Shown: one piece after another, positions 1-10,500 of the stretch
How positions within the stretch are numbered: position 1 is the first letter of the stretch
Layout: each line of letters starts with the position of its first letter
Assembly (NCBI GenBank): GCA_030606485.1
Contig: JAUWGH010000010.1
Coordinates: forward strand, 1-32,000
Direction: 5' to 3'
Origin: Promethearchaeota archaeon
GTDB taxonomy: Archaea > Asgardarchaeota > Lokiarchaeia > Sigyniarchaeales > SOKP01
DNA: 32,000 nucleotides
Made by a program: the position numbers and the translations under genes
Notes under the pieces: generated by a model
The model's input: only the letters and a program-made list of their open reading frames with translations
Told to the model about the DNA's origin: nothing
The model's database searches: none

Positions 1-1
1 T

Positions 2-2308
2 ATTTGGAAAACGGTTTTAAATCTTACAATTCCCTTAGATTTTAGTAATGAAAAGCGCATGGGACTGATAGAATATCCTCTTTCTCAAATGGAAAGATTA
101 GCTGCGTTTAAAATGCAATCAAGTCTTTTAGTTAATGATTCCTCCAACCTTGAGTGGTATAATTTTACTTATGAGATCTATAAGGAATCTACCAATGAGT
201 GGGTGTTATGTAATTGGACAGGCAATAAATATTGGGATTTAAGATATTTGGATTTATTCGGAAATTTTAAAGATACTAATCACAGTGGATACAGAAATAA
301 TTATAAATTTTTTAATTTTAGTACAGATTATCGGCGAGACGACATATATCTTATTACCCGAGGAACTTATAATCGGGAATCTGGATTATATTTTAACTAT
401 AACCAAAAAACTACGCTTTCAAATTTCGTAGATTCAAATAAATATATTAAAATTCGTCTAATTATTACAAATGGCAGAGATCCCTTTGAAGTTTCGATTA
501 ATCATTTTGGGATTGGAGCGTTTTATTGGGGATTATTCGGAAACCAATTTGATAACTATTATATATATGATTACGAAGATGATTTCTCTGCTATAAACCT
601 TCTAAATTTGGAGGTGCAAGATATTGAAGTAATTAACGGAACTGGTGATAGATATCTTGATGTAGTAGCGGTAATTGGTAAAGAAGTTGTAAATAATTCG
701 TTCAGTTCGAGATTAAGACTTTTTGACGTGAAAAATCACAAGAGTTTAACGAAATGGAATCTGAACCAAAAGTACATTCCTTATAAAAAAGTAAACATCT
801 TACCGCTAAATAATTCCTTAAATAATTGGATTATAAGCGGTTATTTTCTTAACGGAAGTAAGGAATATTTTGCTCATAAATTGATTCAAGATCCCCATTG
901 GGATGTACATCTATCTTATTTTGACGATTATTCTGATTCAAAAACAGTAATTGATTCTCATTGGTTTATAAATTCAAGTAAATTTGAACTACTTGGAAAA
1001 ACTAAGGTTACAAAAGATGGAAAAATAGGAATTATTTTAGGGAATTACGATCGCTCTGGATCTCTTAATAGTATTCAAATTATTGATATAAACACAAAAA
1101 AAGTTGTCAGCCAAATAGACAACGATCAATTATTCTCATTAAGCGGCAGTATATCCCCTCAAACTACAGATTTCACCGCCGAAGGAGCTGGTCGTAAGCT
1201 TCTAATATCGTACGAGGATTTTAATGGCGATAATTACCTTGATCATGTCGGATATTATGAAAAAAAATATTTAAATCAATATCATCCATATGAAGCTTCT
1301 GAAATTCGGATATATAGCGGGAATTCAAGCGATGATAATTTCAACATTCTATTTAGATATGAAACTCCAACTACAAAAAAACAACGAGAAAGATTAAATT
1401 TTCAGTTAGAGTTAGAAGAAGGATTGAAAGTACCTTTTGCATCTATCGGCGATTTGAACGACGATGGATATTCAGATGGGATTATTGGTCTCCAAATAGG
1501 TATGAATAAATTTTCATCGTACAAAGGAGCTAATCTTACTTATTTTGATATTTCTTCTAGTTCAGAAAATTCCCCAAAAGAGTTTTACGAGAATAGATGG
1601 ATTTTGGAACCTTTTTCCTATATATACGAGTGGGTAACACATATGCCACCGGATTTTATATTCTTTGATCGGGTTGAAAACATTGGAGATTTCAGTGGGG
1701 ATGAAAAAGACGATGTTTTTGTTTCTCGTTTTTTATATGTGAAAACCGGAATAACGGGATGGGAGAATATCTATTATACAGATGAATCCATTTCTGAAAT
1801 TCTCGATCCGTTTAACCAAAAAATACTTTTTAGGTTTAATTTAGATGTTGATTCGTTCTATCCGATCAGCGATGTAAATAGAGATGGTAGAAAAGAATGT
1901 GTATTCTCAAGTGGAGGAACTATATTTTGCGTTAATTCTCAGTTTAATGTCAATATTTCGAATCTTGAAGAGGAGCAAATAATGCAAGCAAACGAATTCG
2001 TGATAGAATGGGAAGGTAATGGAAATTATGACCATTTTGAAGTCTTTATTAACGATAATAAATACAGACCTACAAAATCTACAAATCTCTCCGTTTCTTT
2101 AGGTGCTGGTTTAAAAAAAATAGATATTTTTATGTATAGTCAAAATGGAATGGTTATTACTGCGGATTCTGTAAAAATAATTATTCCAGCTAGTTTTACA
2201 TGTTTTATTTTGACATTTACAATAATGGGCATTGTTGCTGGAATATTTATTACATATTATCTATTCCACAAAAAGAGTCTTAAAAGAATTATAATTGTGA
2301 ATAATTAA
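2..2308 (+). CDS. FG-GAP/VCBS-repeat beta-propeller membrane-anchored surface protein, 5'-truncated by the window edge
   Basis: The frame is open from base 2 (IWKTVLNLTIPLDFSNEKR) into the ATG at 59, so the gene starts upstream. Ca-binding repeats DFNGDNYLD, DLNDDGYSD, DFSGDEKDD and DVNRDGRKE are followed by an Ig-like beta segment, a C-terminal TM helix (FTCFILTFTIMGIVAGIFITYYLF) and a basic tail (HKKSLKR). Confidence 0.85.
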   Translation: MWKTVLNLTIPLDFSNEKRMGLIEYPLSQMERLAAFKMQSSLLVNDSSNLEWYNFTYEIYKESTNEWVLCNWTGNKYWDLRYLDLFGNFKDTNHSGYRNNYKFFNFSTDYRRDDIYLITRGTYNRESGLYFNYNQKTTLSNFVDSNKYIKIRLIITNGRDPFEVSINHFGIGAFYWGLFGNQFDNYYIYDYEDDFSAINLLNLEVQDIEVINGTGDRYLDVVAVIGKEVVNNSFSSRLRLFDVKNHKSLTKWNLNQKYIPYKKVNILPLNNSLNNWIISGYFLNGSKEYFAHKLIQDPHWDVHLSYFDDYSDSKTVIDSHWFINSSKFELLGKTKVTKDGKIGIILGNYDRSGSLNSIQIIDINTKKVVSQIDNDQLFSLSGSISPQTTDFTAEGAGRKLLISYEDFNGDNYLDHVGYYEKKYLNQYHPYEASEIRIYSGNSSDDNFNILFRYETPTTKKQRERLNFQLELEEGLKVPFASIGDLNDDGYSDGIIGLQIGMNKFSSYKGANLTYFDISSSSENSPKEFYENRWILEPFSYIYEWVTHMPPDFIFFDRVENIGDFSGDEKDDVFVSRFLYVKTGITGWENIYYTDESISEILDPFNQKILFRFNLDVDSFYPISDVNRDGRKECVFSSGGTIFCVNSQFNVNISNLEEEQIMQANEFVIEWEGNGNYDHFEVFINDNKYRPTKSTNLSVSLGAGLKKIDIFMYSQNGMVITADSVKIIIPASFTCFILTFTIMGIVAGIFITYYLFHKKSLKRIIIVNN

Positions 2309-2331
2309 AAGAGAAAGGGTGAACAGTTAAA

Positions 2332-3273
2332 TTGATTCAAACTCAAGACGTAGAAATGTTTGAAATATGGAGTAAAGATTTAACGAAAATTTATGGAAAA
2401 GGAGAAAGGGCGTTCGAAGCTGTTTCAAAAATAAATCTATGTGTGGAACCAGGAATTCACGGATTTCTTGGTCCTAATGGAGCAGGGAAAACCACGACAA
2501 TAAATATGTTGGTTGGAGCACTTTCAATAACCTATGGTGAAGCAAAGATAAGAGAAAAGAAAGCAGGTTCGGTAACAGCGCGCAAATTAATTGGATTTTT
2601 ACCTCAAGATCCCGTTTTATATAAAAATATGAGTGGAGAAAAATATTTAATTTATATGGGAAGGTTAGGTGGTTTAAAGCGCAAAGAAGCAAAGAGAAAA
2701 GCCCAAGAGCTATTGCAAGATTTTGACCTTTTAGGCGATAGAAATAAAAAACTTGGGAAATACTCTGGAGGGATGAGACAAAAAATTGCGTTGGCGGGAG
2801 CACTTATTCACGATCCTGAGATATTAATCCTGGACGAGCCAACCACAAATCTAGACGCTGTTGGACGTGCTGTGTTTATAGAGAAAATAAAAGATTTAGG
2901 AAAAAAAAAGAGTATTTTTGTCTCCAGTCATGTGTTATCTGAAATCGAACAAATGTGCGAGGATATTACAATAATAAGCATGGGAAAGATTATTTTAACT
3001 GATTCGATAAAAAATCTTAAGAAGAAATTTTTAGAAAACGTGTTTATTTTGGATACAAATATGAATGAAAAATTATTAGAACAAATAAAACAGAAAGAAT
3101 TTGTTTCAAACGCGTGGATTGACGATAGAGACGGTAAAATTCGCATAATACCAAAAGATCCAGTAAAACTTCGAGAAACAATGTCAAAAATCATATTTGA
3201 AAATAAAGCCGAATTATATCGTTTTGACCAAATTGAATTATCATTACAAGATATTTTTTTGAAATTTGTGTAG
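2332..3273 (+). CDS. ABC-2 type transporter ATP-binding protein
   Basis: Walker A GPNGAGKTT, Q-loop LPQ, signature YSGGMRQK, Walker B ILILDEPT, H-loop SSH. The TTG start follows GGGTGA; an alternative ATG lies at 2356. Confidence 0.96.
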   Translation: MIQTQDVEMFEIWSKDLTKIYGKGERAFEAVSKINLCVEPGIHGFLGPNGAGKTTTINMLVGALSITYGEAKIREKKAGSVTARKLIGFLPQDPVLYKNMSGEKYLIYMGRLGGLKRKEAKRKAQELLQDFDLLGDRNKKLGKYSGGMRQKIALAGALIHDPEILILDEPTTNLDAVGRAVFIEKIKDLGKKKSIFVSSHVLSEIEQMCEDITIISMGKIILTDSIKNLKKKFLENVFILDTNMNEKLLEQIKQKEFVSNAWIDDRDGKIRIIPKDPVKLRETMSKIIFENKAELYRFDQIELSLQDIFLKFV

Positions 3274-3298
3274 TGAAATAAAAGTGAACGTTAGAAGA

Positions 3299-4330
3299 AT
3301 GGATTGGATGAATAATTTTAAAATTAAAATGAAGGGTATAAAAACAAGACTTAAAAAAGTAAATATTCCGAAATCTCCACCTATGCTTACTTTAATTGAA
3401 AAAACCTTTTTTGATTTAATCAAGCCTATAAAATTCGTAGTTTCTCTTTTAATAATGCTAATTCAACCTTTAATCTTGATAATGTCTCCATTAATGATTG
3501 GTTTTGGATCTACTACTACTATAAATGTTGATTTCGCTTCTATTTCTGTCGAACATGCAGCATCGATTATAACCATTGTTTTAGCTTATCCACTATTCTC
3601 TTGGACATTTGGCATAATTTTTACTGGTATCTTAGGAATCTTTGGCGCTCCCTTGGTTGCTGAAGAAGTAGACTCGGGAACTTTACTAATTTTAGTAAGC
3701 AAACCTATTAATCGATATAAAATATTTCTCGCCAAATATATTGCGTTATTCTTGTACGGAATACTCTTAAGCTTCAGCATTATATTTCTGGTGGGGTGGA
3801 TTGCTCTAATAAGATATTCTGGGAATCTTTCTCATTTTATTGGGATTTTACCATTCTTATTTTCATTATTTCTCTATGCTATTCTATTGACGCTTATTTT
3901 TACTAGTATAACGTTAGCTTTTTCATCAATATTTAAAAAATCAAGAAATGCAGCTTTAGCAGTTATTCTCATAGTTGTTCTTTCATTTCTAGGATTTCCA
4001 TATATTAAAGCACTACTTCAAGTTAATTACGAAAGGTTTCAAATTTATCATTTTGATATTGGATATCATTTAGGAAATGTATTTGTCTCATTTATAGAAT
4101 TATTTAACGCTATTCCTCCCACAGCAACGTGGCAAATTTATTTCGCTCAAAATTGTGGTGTATTTAAATATGTGGCGTATGTGGATCCCGACCAAAATAT
4201 TAATCTTGGAGGTTTGGAGAAGACGAATTATTACTTGCCAGTAATCTCGTTATTGATATGGATTATTATTGCGTTATTGCTTTTATTCTATGGATTTATA
4301 AGTATAAAGAAAAGAGAGATTTATGAATAA
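3299..4330 (+). CDS. ABC-2 type transporter permease
   Basis: About six TM segments and the motif AEEVDSGTLLILVSKPINRYKIFLAKY typical of ABC2_membrane permeases; directly follows the ATPase. ATG 3299 preferred over TTG 3266. Confidence 0.93.
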   Translation: MDWMNNFKIKMKGIKTRLKKVNIPKSPPMLTLIEKTFFDLIKPIKFVVSLLIMLIQPLILIMSPLMIGFGSTTTINVDFASISVEHAASIITIVLAYPLFSWTFGIIFTGILGIFGAPLVAEEVDSGTLLILVSKPINRYKIFLAKYIALFLYGILLSFSIIFLVGWIALIRYSGNLSHFIGILPFLFSLFLYAILLTLIFTSITLAFSSIFKKSRNAALAVILIVVLSFLGFPYIKALLQVNYERFQIYHFDIGYHLGNVFVSFIELFNAIPPTATWQIYFAQNCGVFKYVAYVDPDQNINLGGLEKTNYYLPVISLLIWIIIALLLLFYGFISIKKREIYE

Positions 4331-4981
4331 TATTTCCGTCAAATTGACTCCAATTTCTTTTAATTTTTTCAATGCTACCGAAGATTTAAGTGCCCTAACA
4401 ATGTTATTAAAACTTCTTTTTCGAAATGGTTACTTTGTATATGTGAGGATTCTAAGTGAAGATATTTATAATTATTTGAACAATTTGAGCGATTATTTAA
4501 TTCTTCGGATTGTAATGGAAGTAAGCAGGTTCTTTGATTAAACCAATTTTTAAAATTTTTCGAAAGTTAATAGTTTAAATATTCAGATTGCTATTTTCAA
4601 TAGATGATTCTTGAGTAAATGAATTGATTTCTAAATAAATGTAGTTGTTTTTAAAAAAATTTATCAAATCTATTAGTTCTTTTTCATCCATATTTTTTAT
4701 CTCTTCAAAAAAAATAAATCAATTTTTTTACAAAAACCAATCCTTTCAACATTAGCCGATAATTTCAACCATTATATATCCAACTCTCTAATATATTTTT
4801 AGAATTTTTATAACTTTGGTTTTTTAAAGTTTCTCGTTTTTTTTGAGATTAAAAAATTACAAACCCTGCCATAACTTATATTTCGCCATTTTCTGCTTAT
4901 CTCAATACATAATTTTTAACAATCAAATTCAAAATATTTTTATTAAGTGATAAGAAAAATGGTTGAAATTAAGAAAGAATT

Positions 4982-5311
4982 TTGGGATCTGATGTCAAAG
5001 AAAGGCACCAAGAAGGACAACTTAAAAATGATTTACGGGATTTAAGAGATTATTTCTCAAATGATTTAAATTTACCGAAGGAAGTTTTCCAGAAAGATAC
5101 AGAAATATTAACTATTAAATTTCTCGAACAAGTCGATGAAAAACTTAATATCATATTGAATAATTATGATTTTCTAACAGAAAAGGGACAAGAAGACAAA
5201 AGAAAGAATTTTATGACCAATCTTTCAAATGACCTTTATATGATTTTGGAGAAGGAAAGTATTTTGCTCGCTAAAAGTCCCTCCCTACCGTCTTTATTCA
5301 ATTATTGTTAA
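4982..5311 (+). CDS. Hypothetical helical protein; true start possibly ATG 4959 via a 1-nt frameshift
   Basis: 109-codon ORF with amphipathic helical composition. One extra T in the run at 4980-4983 would join MVEIKKEF to LGSDVKER. Confidence 0.5.
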   Translation: MGSDVKERHQEGQLKNDLRDLRDYFSNDLNLPKEVFQKDTEILTIKFLEQVDEKLNIILNNYDFLTEKGQEDKRKNFMTNLSNDLYMILEKESILLAKSPSLPSLFNYC

Positions 5312-5343
5312 ATCATCTTCTCAAATAAAAGATTGACTTGTTT

Positions 5344-6363
5344 TTAGATCAAAATGACCACAGGCTCTCCCAAAAACTTTTTTATATAATTGAATTGTTT
5401 CCTTATAGTTGTAGCACTGAAGTCAGAAACTTCTTCATTTGCTATTATTTTTTGTGTAAAAATTTTTTTATAAGGGCTAATCTGTGCAATATAATATATA
5501 AATCCTGCAGTAAAGGCTTTTATATTAACACTGTTGATAAAATTGTAAGGAATTAGTTTTAATACCTTATAAGCCAAGAGTTGCATTTGAATTTTCATAT
5601 TCTCAAATTTTTCTTCACTTTCAATATAATAACTAACTAAATTATATGGAATTCTGTTTATTTCTCTATTAAATAGAAACTTGATTTGTTCTTTTAATTT
5701 CTTTTCTAATTCTAATTTCAATTGTTTTTTTTCCTTTTTTATGGATTTTAACACATTATCAATATCTTTTTTTTTCTTTACTTTAATAGTAGATACTTTA
5801 ATCAAAGCGTTATTTAACATTTTCTTATTGATTTTATGCCCTATTTCATTACAAATTTCTATATATCTTTCAATTCTAATGTTTGTTGAGTCTTTTATTT
5901 TATCCCAGATAATTGCAAAAAATATCAAAATCATATTTTGAAAGGGTTTTTTAAAGTTCTTCAAATACGATAAGTATTTCCTTTTTATCGATTCAAACTG
6001 AACTGAATCAATTTGAATATTATAGCCTTTAAGTAAATCAATCTCACTTTTTTGACGAGTAAAACTAGTTTTCGAATCTTTATACCATTTGCCGAGTTTT
6101 TTAATCTTATCATATTTTAGTTTTATTATTGGATCTTGTAAAGCTGCTTTATCTAGTTTTTTGATACGATATTCATAAGTCCGTTGCCGATTTTCCAACT
6201 CACTGGAGTATGGGAAATTGTCTTTTAATATTGTAATATCTTCACTTAATATCAAACCACAATCTTTACAAACGATATGACCTCTTTCCCTCACTAAATT
6301 CTTATGAGAACATGAAGTGCTGTCTTTTTGTACCAGATTTAACTTATTGTCTTTTTTTTGCAT
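5344..6363 (-). CDS. tfb: Divergent transcription initiation factor B (TFB/TFIIB) paralogue
   Basis: N-terminal Zn ribbon CSH-x11-CKDCG. The C-terminal segment AFTAGFIYYIAQ...TQKIIANEEVSDFSATTIRKQF matches the TFB second cyclin repeat/HTH pattern (AAAAxYIA...TQREVA...VTEVTIRNRY). Confidence 0.75.
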   Translation of the reverse strand: MQKKDNKLNLVQKDSTSCSHKNLVRERGHIVCKDCGLILSEDITILKDNFPYSSELENRQRTYEYRIKKLDKAALQDPIIKLKYDKIKKLGKWYKDSKTSFTRQKSEIDLLKGYNIQIDSVQFESIKRKYLSYLKNFKKPFQNMILIFFAIIWDKIKDSTNIRIERYIEICNEIGHKINKKMLNNALIKVSTIKVKKKKDIDNVLKSIKKEKKQLKLELEKKLKEQIKFLFNREINRIPYNLVSYYIESEEKFENMKIQMQLLAYKVLKLIPYNFINSVNIKAFTAGFIYYIAQISPYKKIFTQKIIANEEVSDFSATTIRKQFNYIKKFLGEPVVILI

Positions 6364-6509
6364 CCTATTATTTAATTTTATTCTAATTGTTTTTATTTTA
6401 AAATAACTAGTTTTAAAATGTATATATTTTTTTATATAAGATATACTCTATATTAATTCTAAAAAAATAATTGCAAAGAAAAAAAAAAATAAAAAATGGA
6501 TTGAAATTT

Positions 6510-6734
6510 ATGGAACTTATGCCCCATGCGAAACATTTTACAATAATTGGTATGATTATTTTAGTTTCTTGTTTTATATATATAGAATTTCTATATCTAA
6601 CTGTTGGTTTATTAATTATCCCAATGGTTATTGCATGTGTGTTAGCTGTATGCGGGATGGTCCTTACAGCTATTGGAATAAAACAATTCATTATTATAAA
6701 AAATTTAGATGAAACAAAAAATTTGAAGAAATAA
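6510..6734 (+). CDS. Small two-TM membrane protein
   Basis: Two hydrophobic helices (FTIIGMIILVSCFIYIEFL, LIIPMVIACVLAVCGMVLTAIGI). ATG 6510 preferred over TTG 6471. Confidence 0.6.
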   Translation: MELMPHAKHFTIIGMIILVSCFIYIEFLYLTVGLLIIPMVIACVLAVCGMVLTAIGIKQFIIIKNLDETKNLKK

Positions 6735-6801
6735 GTGAAAAATTAAAGCATAGGGAATCACTATTTTAATTTCTTTTCTTTTAATTATTCAAAAACACGT
6801 T

Positions 6802-7563
6802 CTAATCCTTATTAACATCCATTAACTTTTGCTTTTCGTTAATATTTGCCATTGTATTAAATAAAACTAATTTTCTACGTGGAATATATTCAGCGTATAA
6901 TTCCAATTTATCAACCATACTTAAAATCATTTCAATTAGGAACTCTTTATCCTTAATTCCAGATTTTTCAGAAAGTTCATCGATTCTTATTCGTTTGAAT
7001 TTTGTTCCAATCTCCATTAAGGATTTCTTTTTTTCTTGAACTTCACTTTTTTCAATAAGCCTATTGATATTAGATATTTTAGAATCAATCATAATAATAA
7101 ATCTTTGAGAAAAACTTTCTTTTAATGAAATTGTTCTATACTCCATTAACTTTTCAATATCTTTTTCTAAATTACTCTTAGTTTTGCTTTCTTTAAATGG
7201 GATTAAATCTAAAAAACTATTAATTTCATTTTTAAGGTTTTCAATTCTTATTTTCTCTTTTAATTCTTCTTGTTTAATTTTTTCTCTTTCCTCTCTCTTT
7301 TTTATTTCTTTTTCTTGTCTTTCTTTCACAATTTTCTCTTGTTCAATTCTTTCTTTTTCCTTTTTTTGTTTCTCTCTCTTAATTTTTTCAATTTCCTCTA
7401 ATTCATTTTTTTTAATTCTTTCTTTTTTAGGCTTTTGAACTTCTGGAATTTCTTCTAATTTTGGTCTCCCAATTACCTTTTTACCACATGATTTGCAAAA
7501 GTCCCAATGTGGTTTAAGTGGTGCTCCACAAAATCTACAAAACTTATCTTTTTTTTCACTCAT
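6802..7563 (-). CDS. Zinc-ribbon / E-K-rich coiled-coil / PCI-like winged-helix protein
   Basis: CRFC-x10-CKSC at the N-terminus, a long EK-rich helix, and a C-terminus GTKFKRIRIDELSEKSGI...LYAEYIPRRKLVLFNTMANINE that resembles the Lokiarchaeal C-terminal PCI-like domain (recalled pattern). ATG 7563 preferred over TTG 7617. Confidence 0.75.
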   Translation of the reverse strand: MSEKKDKFCRFCGAPLKPHWDFCKSCGKKVIGRPKLEEIPEVQKPKKERIKKNELEEIEKIKREKQKKEKERIEQEKIVKERQEKEIKKREEREKIKQEELKEKIRIENLKNEINSFLDLIPFKESKTKSNLEKDIEKLMEYRTISLKESFSQRFIIMIDSKISNINRLIEKSEVQEKKKSLMEIGTKFKRIRIDELSEKSGIKDKEFLIEMILSMVDKLELYAEYIPRRKLVLFNTMANINEKQKLMDVNKD

Positions 7564-7591
7564 AAATTCTCGTTTCAAATTAAATTCATTA

Positions 7592-10500
7592 TTATATAAG
7601 AATAAAAATTCCAGCAATTTGCAAATAAAGTAGAATCGCTGTTAAAATAATTAAAATGATAAATATTAATGTAGTAAAAAACCTCCATTTTATGGAGATG
7701 CGCCCTCTTTTTTCTTCACGATAAATAAAAAATAATAGAATTGCACCAAAAATAATAATTGAAAAAAGTATTAAAAATATATTTGGTGGAATAAAACCAA
7801 ATAATGTTCCAACAACTGAGCCATAAATAATACAATAATATATCAGCTTTACTCGGAAACTACTTTCTGGGTCTTCACTAGCTAGATCACGCATAATTGG
7901 ATAAGCCAATAAAAATGTAACGACCAAATCAACTGGTAAAGCATGAAACCAAGCTAAATTTAAAGGAGGTATTGCAATGTTTTCTTCTAATAAGATAAAT
8001 ATAACTATAAAAATGATGATAATAATAATCCCCCAAATGTATTTCCAATTTTGCTTTAAAAAATTAACAAGTTTATTATAAGCCTTTAAAATTGCAATTT
8101 TAATAGAATTAAAGAAATTCACAATTTTCATCTTTAACGCTCTGAACTTTATCAAAACATAATCGATAATTTGACCAAACTGTTTTTTTAATTCTTCAAA
8201 AAAGAATATAAATGGATATAGTAGAAGTGTAATAACAAAAAATACTGTACTCCAAATATAGGATAAAGAAAAATAATAAACAATGACACTTAATGATAAA
8301 AAAGTAGCAATCCAAAATGGAAGTGCTAGTAATGAATGCTTTTGAAATGGTTTTATATCGATGGCAATAAAAATTAAAAGAATCAACATAGCAACACTTA
8401 AATTAAATGGCCAATTTGTTGTGTATGGTTGTAGCAAAAGTCCTAAGTATAGAAAACAATTTAAAGAGAGTAAGGATCCAAGAAATAAAAATGAAATTCT
8501 TCTAATTTTTAATCTGGACTTCTCTTTAAAGACTCTGATATTGATATCAAGATAAGATAAAACAAATAATATTATTGAAGAAAAAATAATCAAATTGATG
8601 GTAAATAAAATATCTAAACTCGCGAAATATAAAGGCCAAGATATAAAATTTACGTATAATAAAAATAACAATGATCTTTTAATCTTAGTTTTATTAGTTC
8701 TGATTATTTTTATATTCCGTAATAGATAAAATAGGTAATAGAATTCAATTATAAAGAATATTATTATCAATGGGATAAATACAATTGCAAATGTAAAGAT
8801 CAAATCTAAAAACATTATGGAAGATATCATTATTGATATCCAGGAAATAATTTTGATAGAATTTGACCATTTTGAGAGTAAGAATTTAAATAAATATTGA
8901 TCAATTATCATCATAAGATGAACAGCAATACTTAATAGCATTATTTGATATTCAATTGGTGCTAAACCCAACGCTCTTTGAATAAATATGAATAAAAATA
9001 GATAAAATTTCAATCCTATAATTCCTTGGATGAATAATTTCTTTTCTTTAAGGGTTTCGATTTTTTTATAAAATCTAGACATTATAAAAAATTGTTTAAG
9101 TGTTGAAAACAATGCATAATTGGTATAAAATTGCATTGTAAAAAATAAAAATAAATTAAACCAGAGAAGGTCTGGGTTGTCTATTAAAAATCGGTTTAAA
9201 AATATGAGTAAAAATATAGATATTAACAAATAACTTGTTGTATGAATTAAATATCCATATCTCTTCCTAAAACTCTTTACAATATATAATTCAAATATTG
9301 ATAATATAAAAAGTGTAATTAAAGAAATTAATGAACTCTCAAGGAATCCAAAACTCTCAAATAAACTGTAAATTAATAGTATTAGTTCAATATATAAACA
9401 AAAAGTAATCAATGAATATCCTTTTGCTTTAAAATCAAGATATTTTTCTTTAAAATATAATTGATTTAATAAATATATTGAGTAGAATGAAAATGAACTT
9501 TCAATTAATAATAATAAGCCTATATTGAAAAAATTTAGAAGCAGAAATATCCCAGAAATCGTAATCCAGTAGATTGCAAAAAGAATTTGAATGAAAATAA
9601 AAAATATAAATTCAATCTGGAGAACAAATTTAATTTGAACTATTTTATTATAAATTAAGCTTGAAAAGAATAATAACACAAAGGATAATAATAAGAAAAG
9701 TAATGTTGTTGGAAAACCAATCAATAATACAGTAATACCTGAAATTAAATTGGATATTAATGATGCAAAATATAAAGAATTCATTATAAGAATAGAATAA
9801 ATCAAATAAACCCTCAAGAGGGAGCTTATTTTTTTATATTTTACGTTTATTTGGGATAGAAAATAAGTTGATATCAGATTTAATAGAGATAATGTTAATA
9901 GTAAAAGAAAAATATCCAAATGGAAAAGATATAGATATATAGAAAATAAATTACATCCAACAAACCAAGACCAAAGTATTATCTGATTCCTTATTTTTGG
10001 AATCAAATATTTAAAAAGATACTTATCTACGACGAAACTTTCTAAAAACAAAATACCGCTACCTAATAATGATATAAAAAATAATGAAAACAAAATCTCA
10101 ACCTCAATCTCTATTAGAAAAATCCAAACATTAAGGAGAATAGCGGTTGGAAGAATCCAATATAAGAATAAACTCAATCCATTCAAAAATTTTGTTAATG
10201 GTTTGACTTTTAATTTAATTCCAGATAATTCAATATATTTCAAAGAGCATAATAATAATGCTGACCAAATTATTAAAAATTCAAAAATCTGATTATACCA
10301 AGAAATTGGAGTAAGAACTGAAATCCATATCGAAATAAATAATGAATTAATGATAAAACATACAGAATTTAGAATTCTTAATATGAGATCTTTCTGAATT
10401 ATCTCTAAATATTCATTTTTAATTTTAATTCTTCCTTTTTTAGCCAAATTACTGAATAAATTTATTATAACTTGCAAAAAACTAAAATAGACCATTAACC

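Noticed and set aside
2474-3780. Antisense ORFs inside the ABC genes (2474-2803, 2928-3194, 3586-3780)
   Set aside because: Shadows of well-supported plus-strand genes. The same applies to tracked ORFs nested in tfb, the giant gene, the NosD gene, ino1 and the dehydrogenase.
4323-4541. 72-aa ORF overlapping the permease stop
   Set aside because: No motif or typical composition; may be chance in AT-rich DNA. Not excluded, but unsupported.
6413-6691. 92-aa minus-strand ORF
   Set aside because: Antisense to the more protein-like two-TM gene at 6510-6734.
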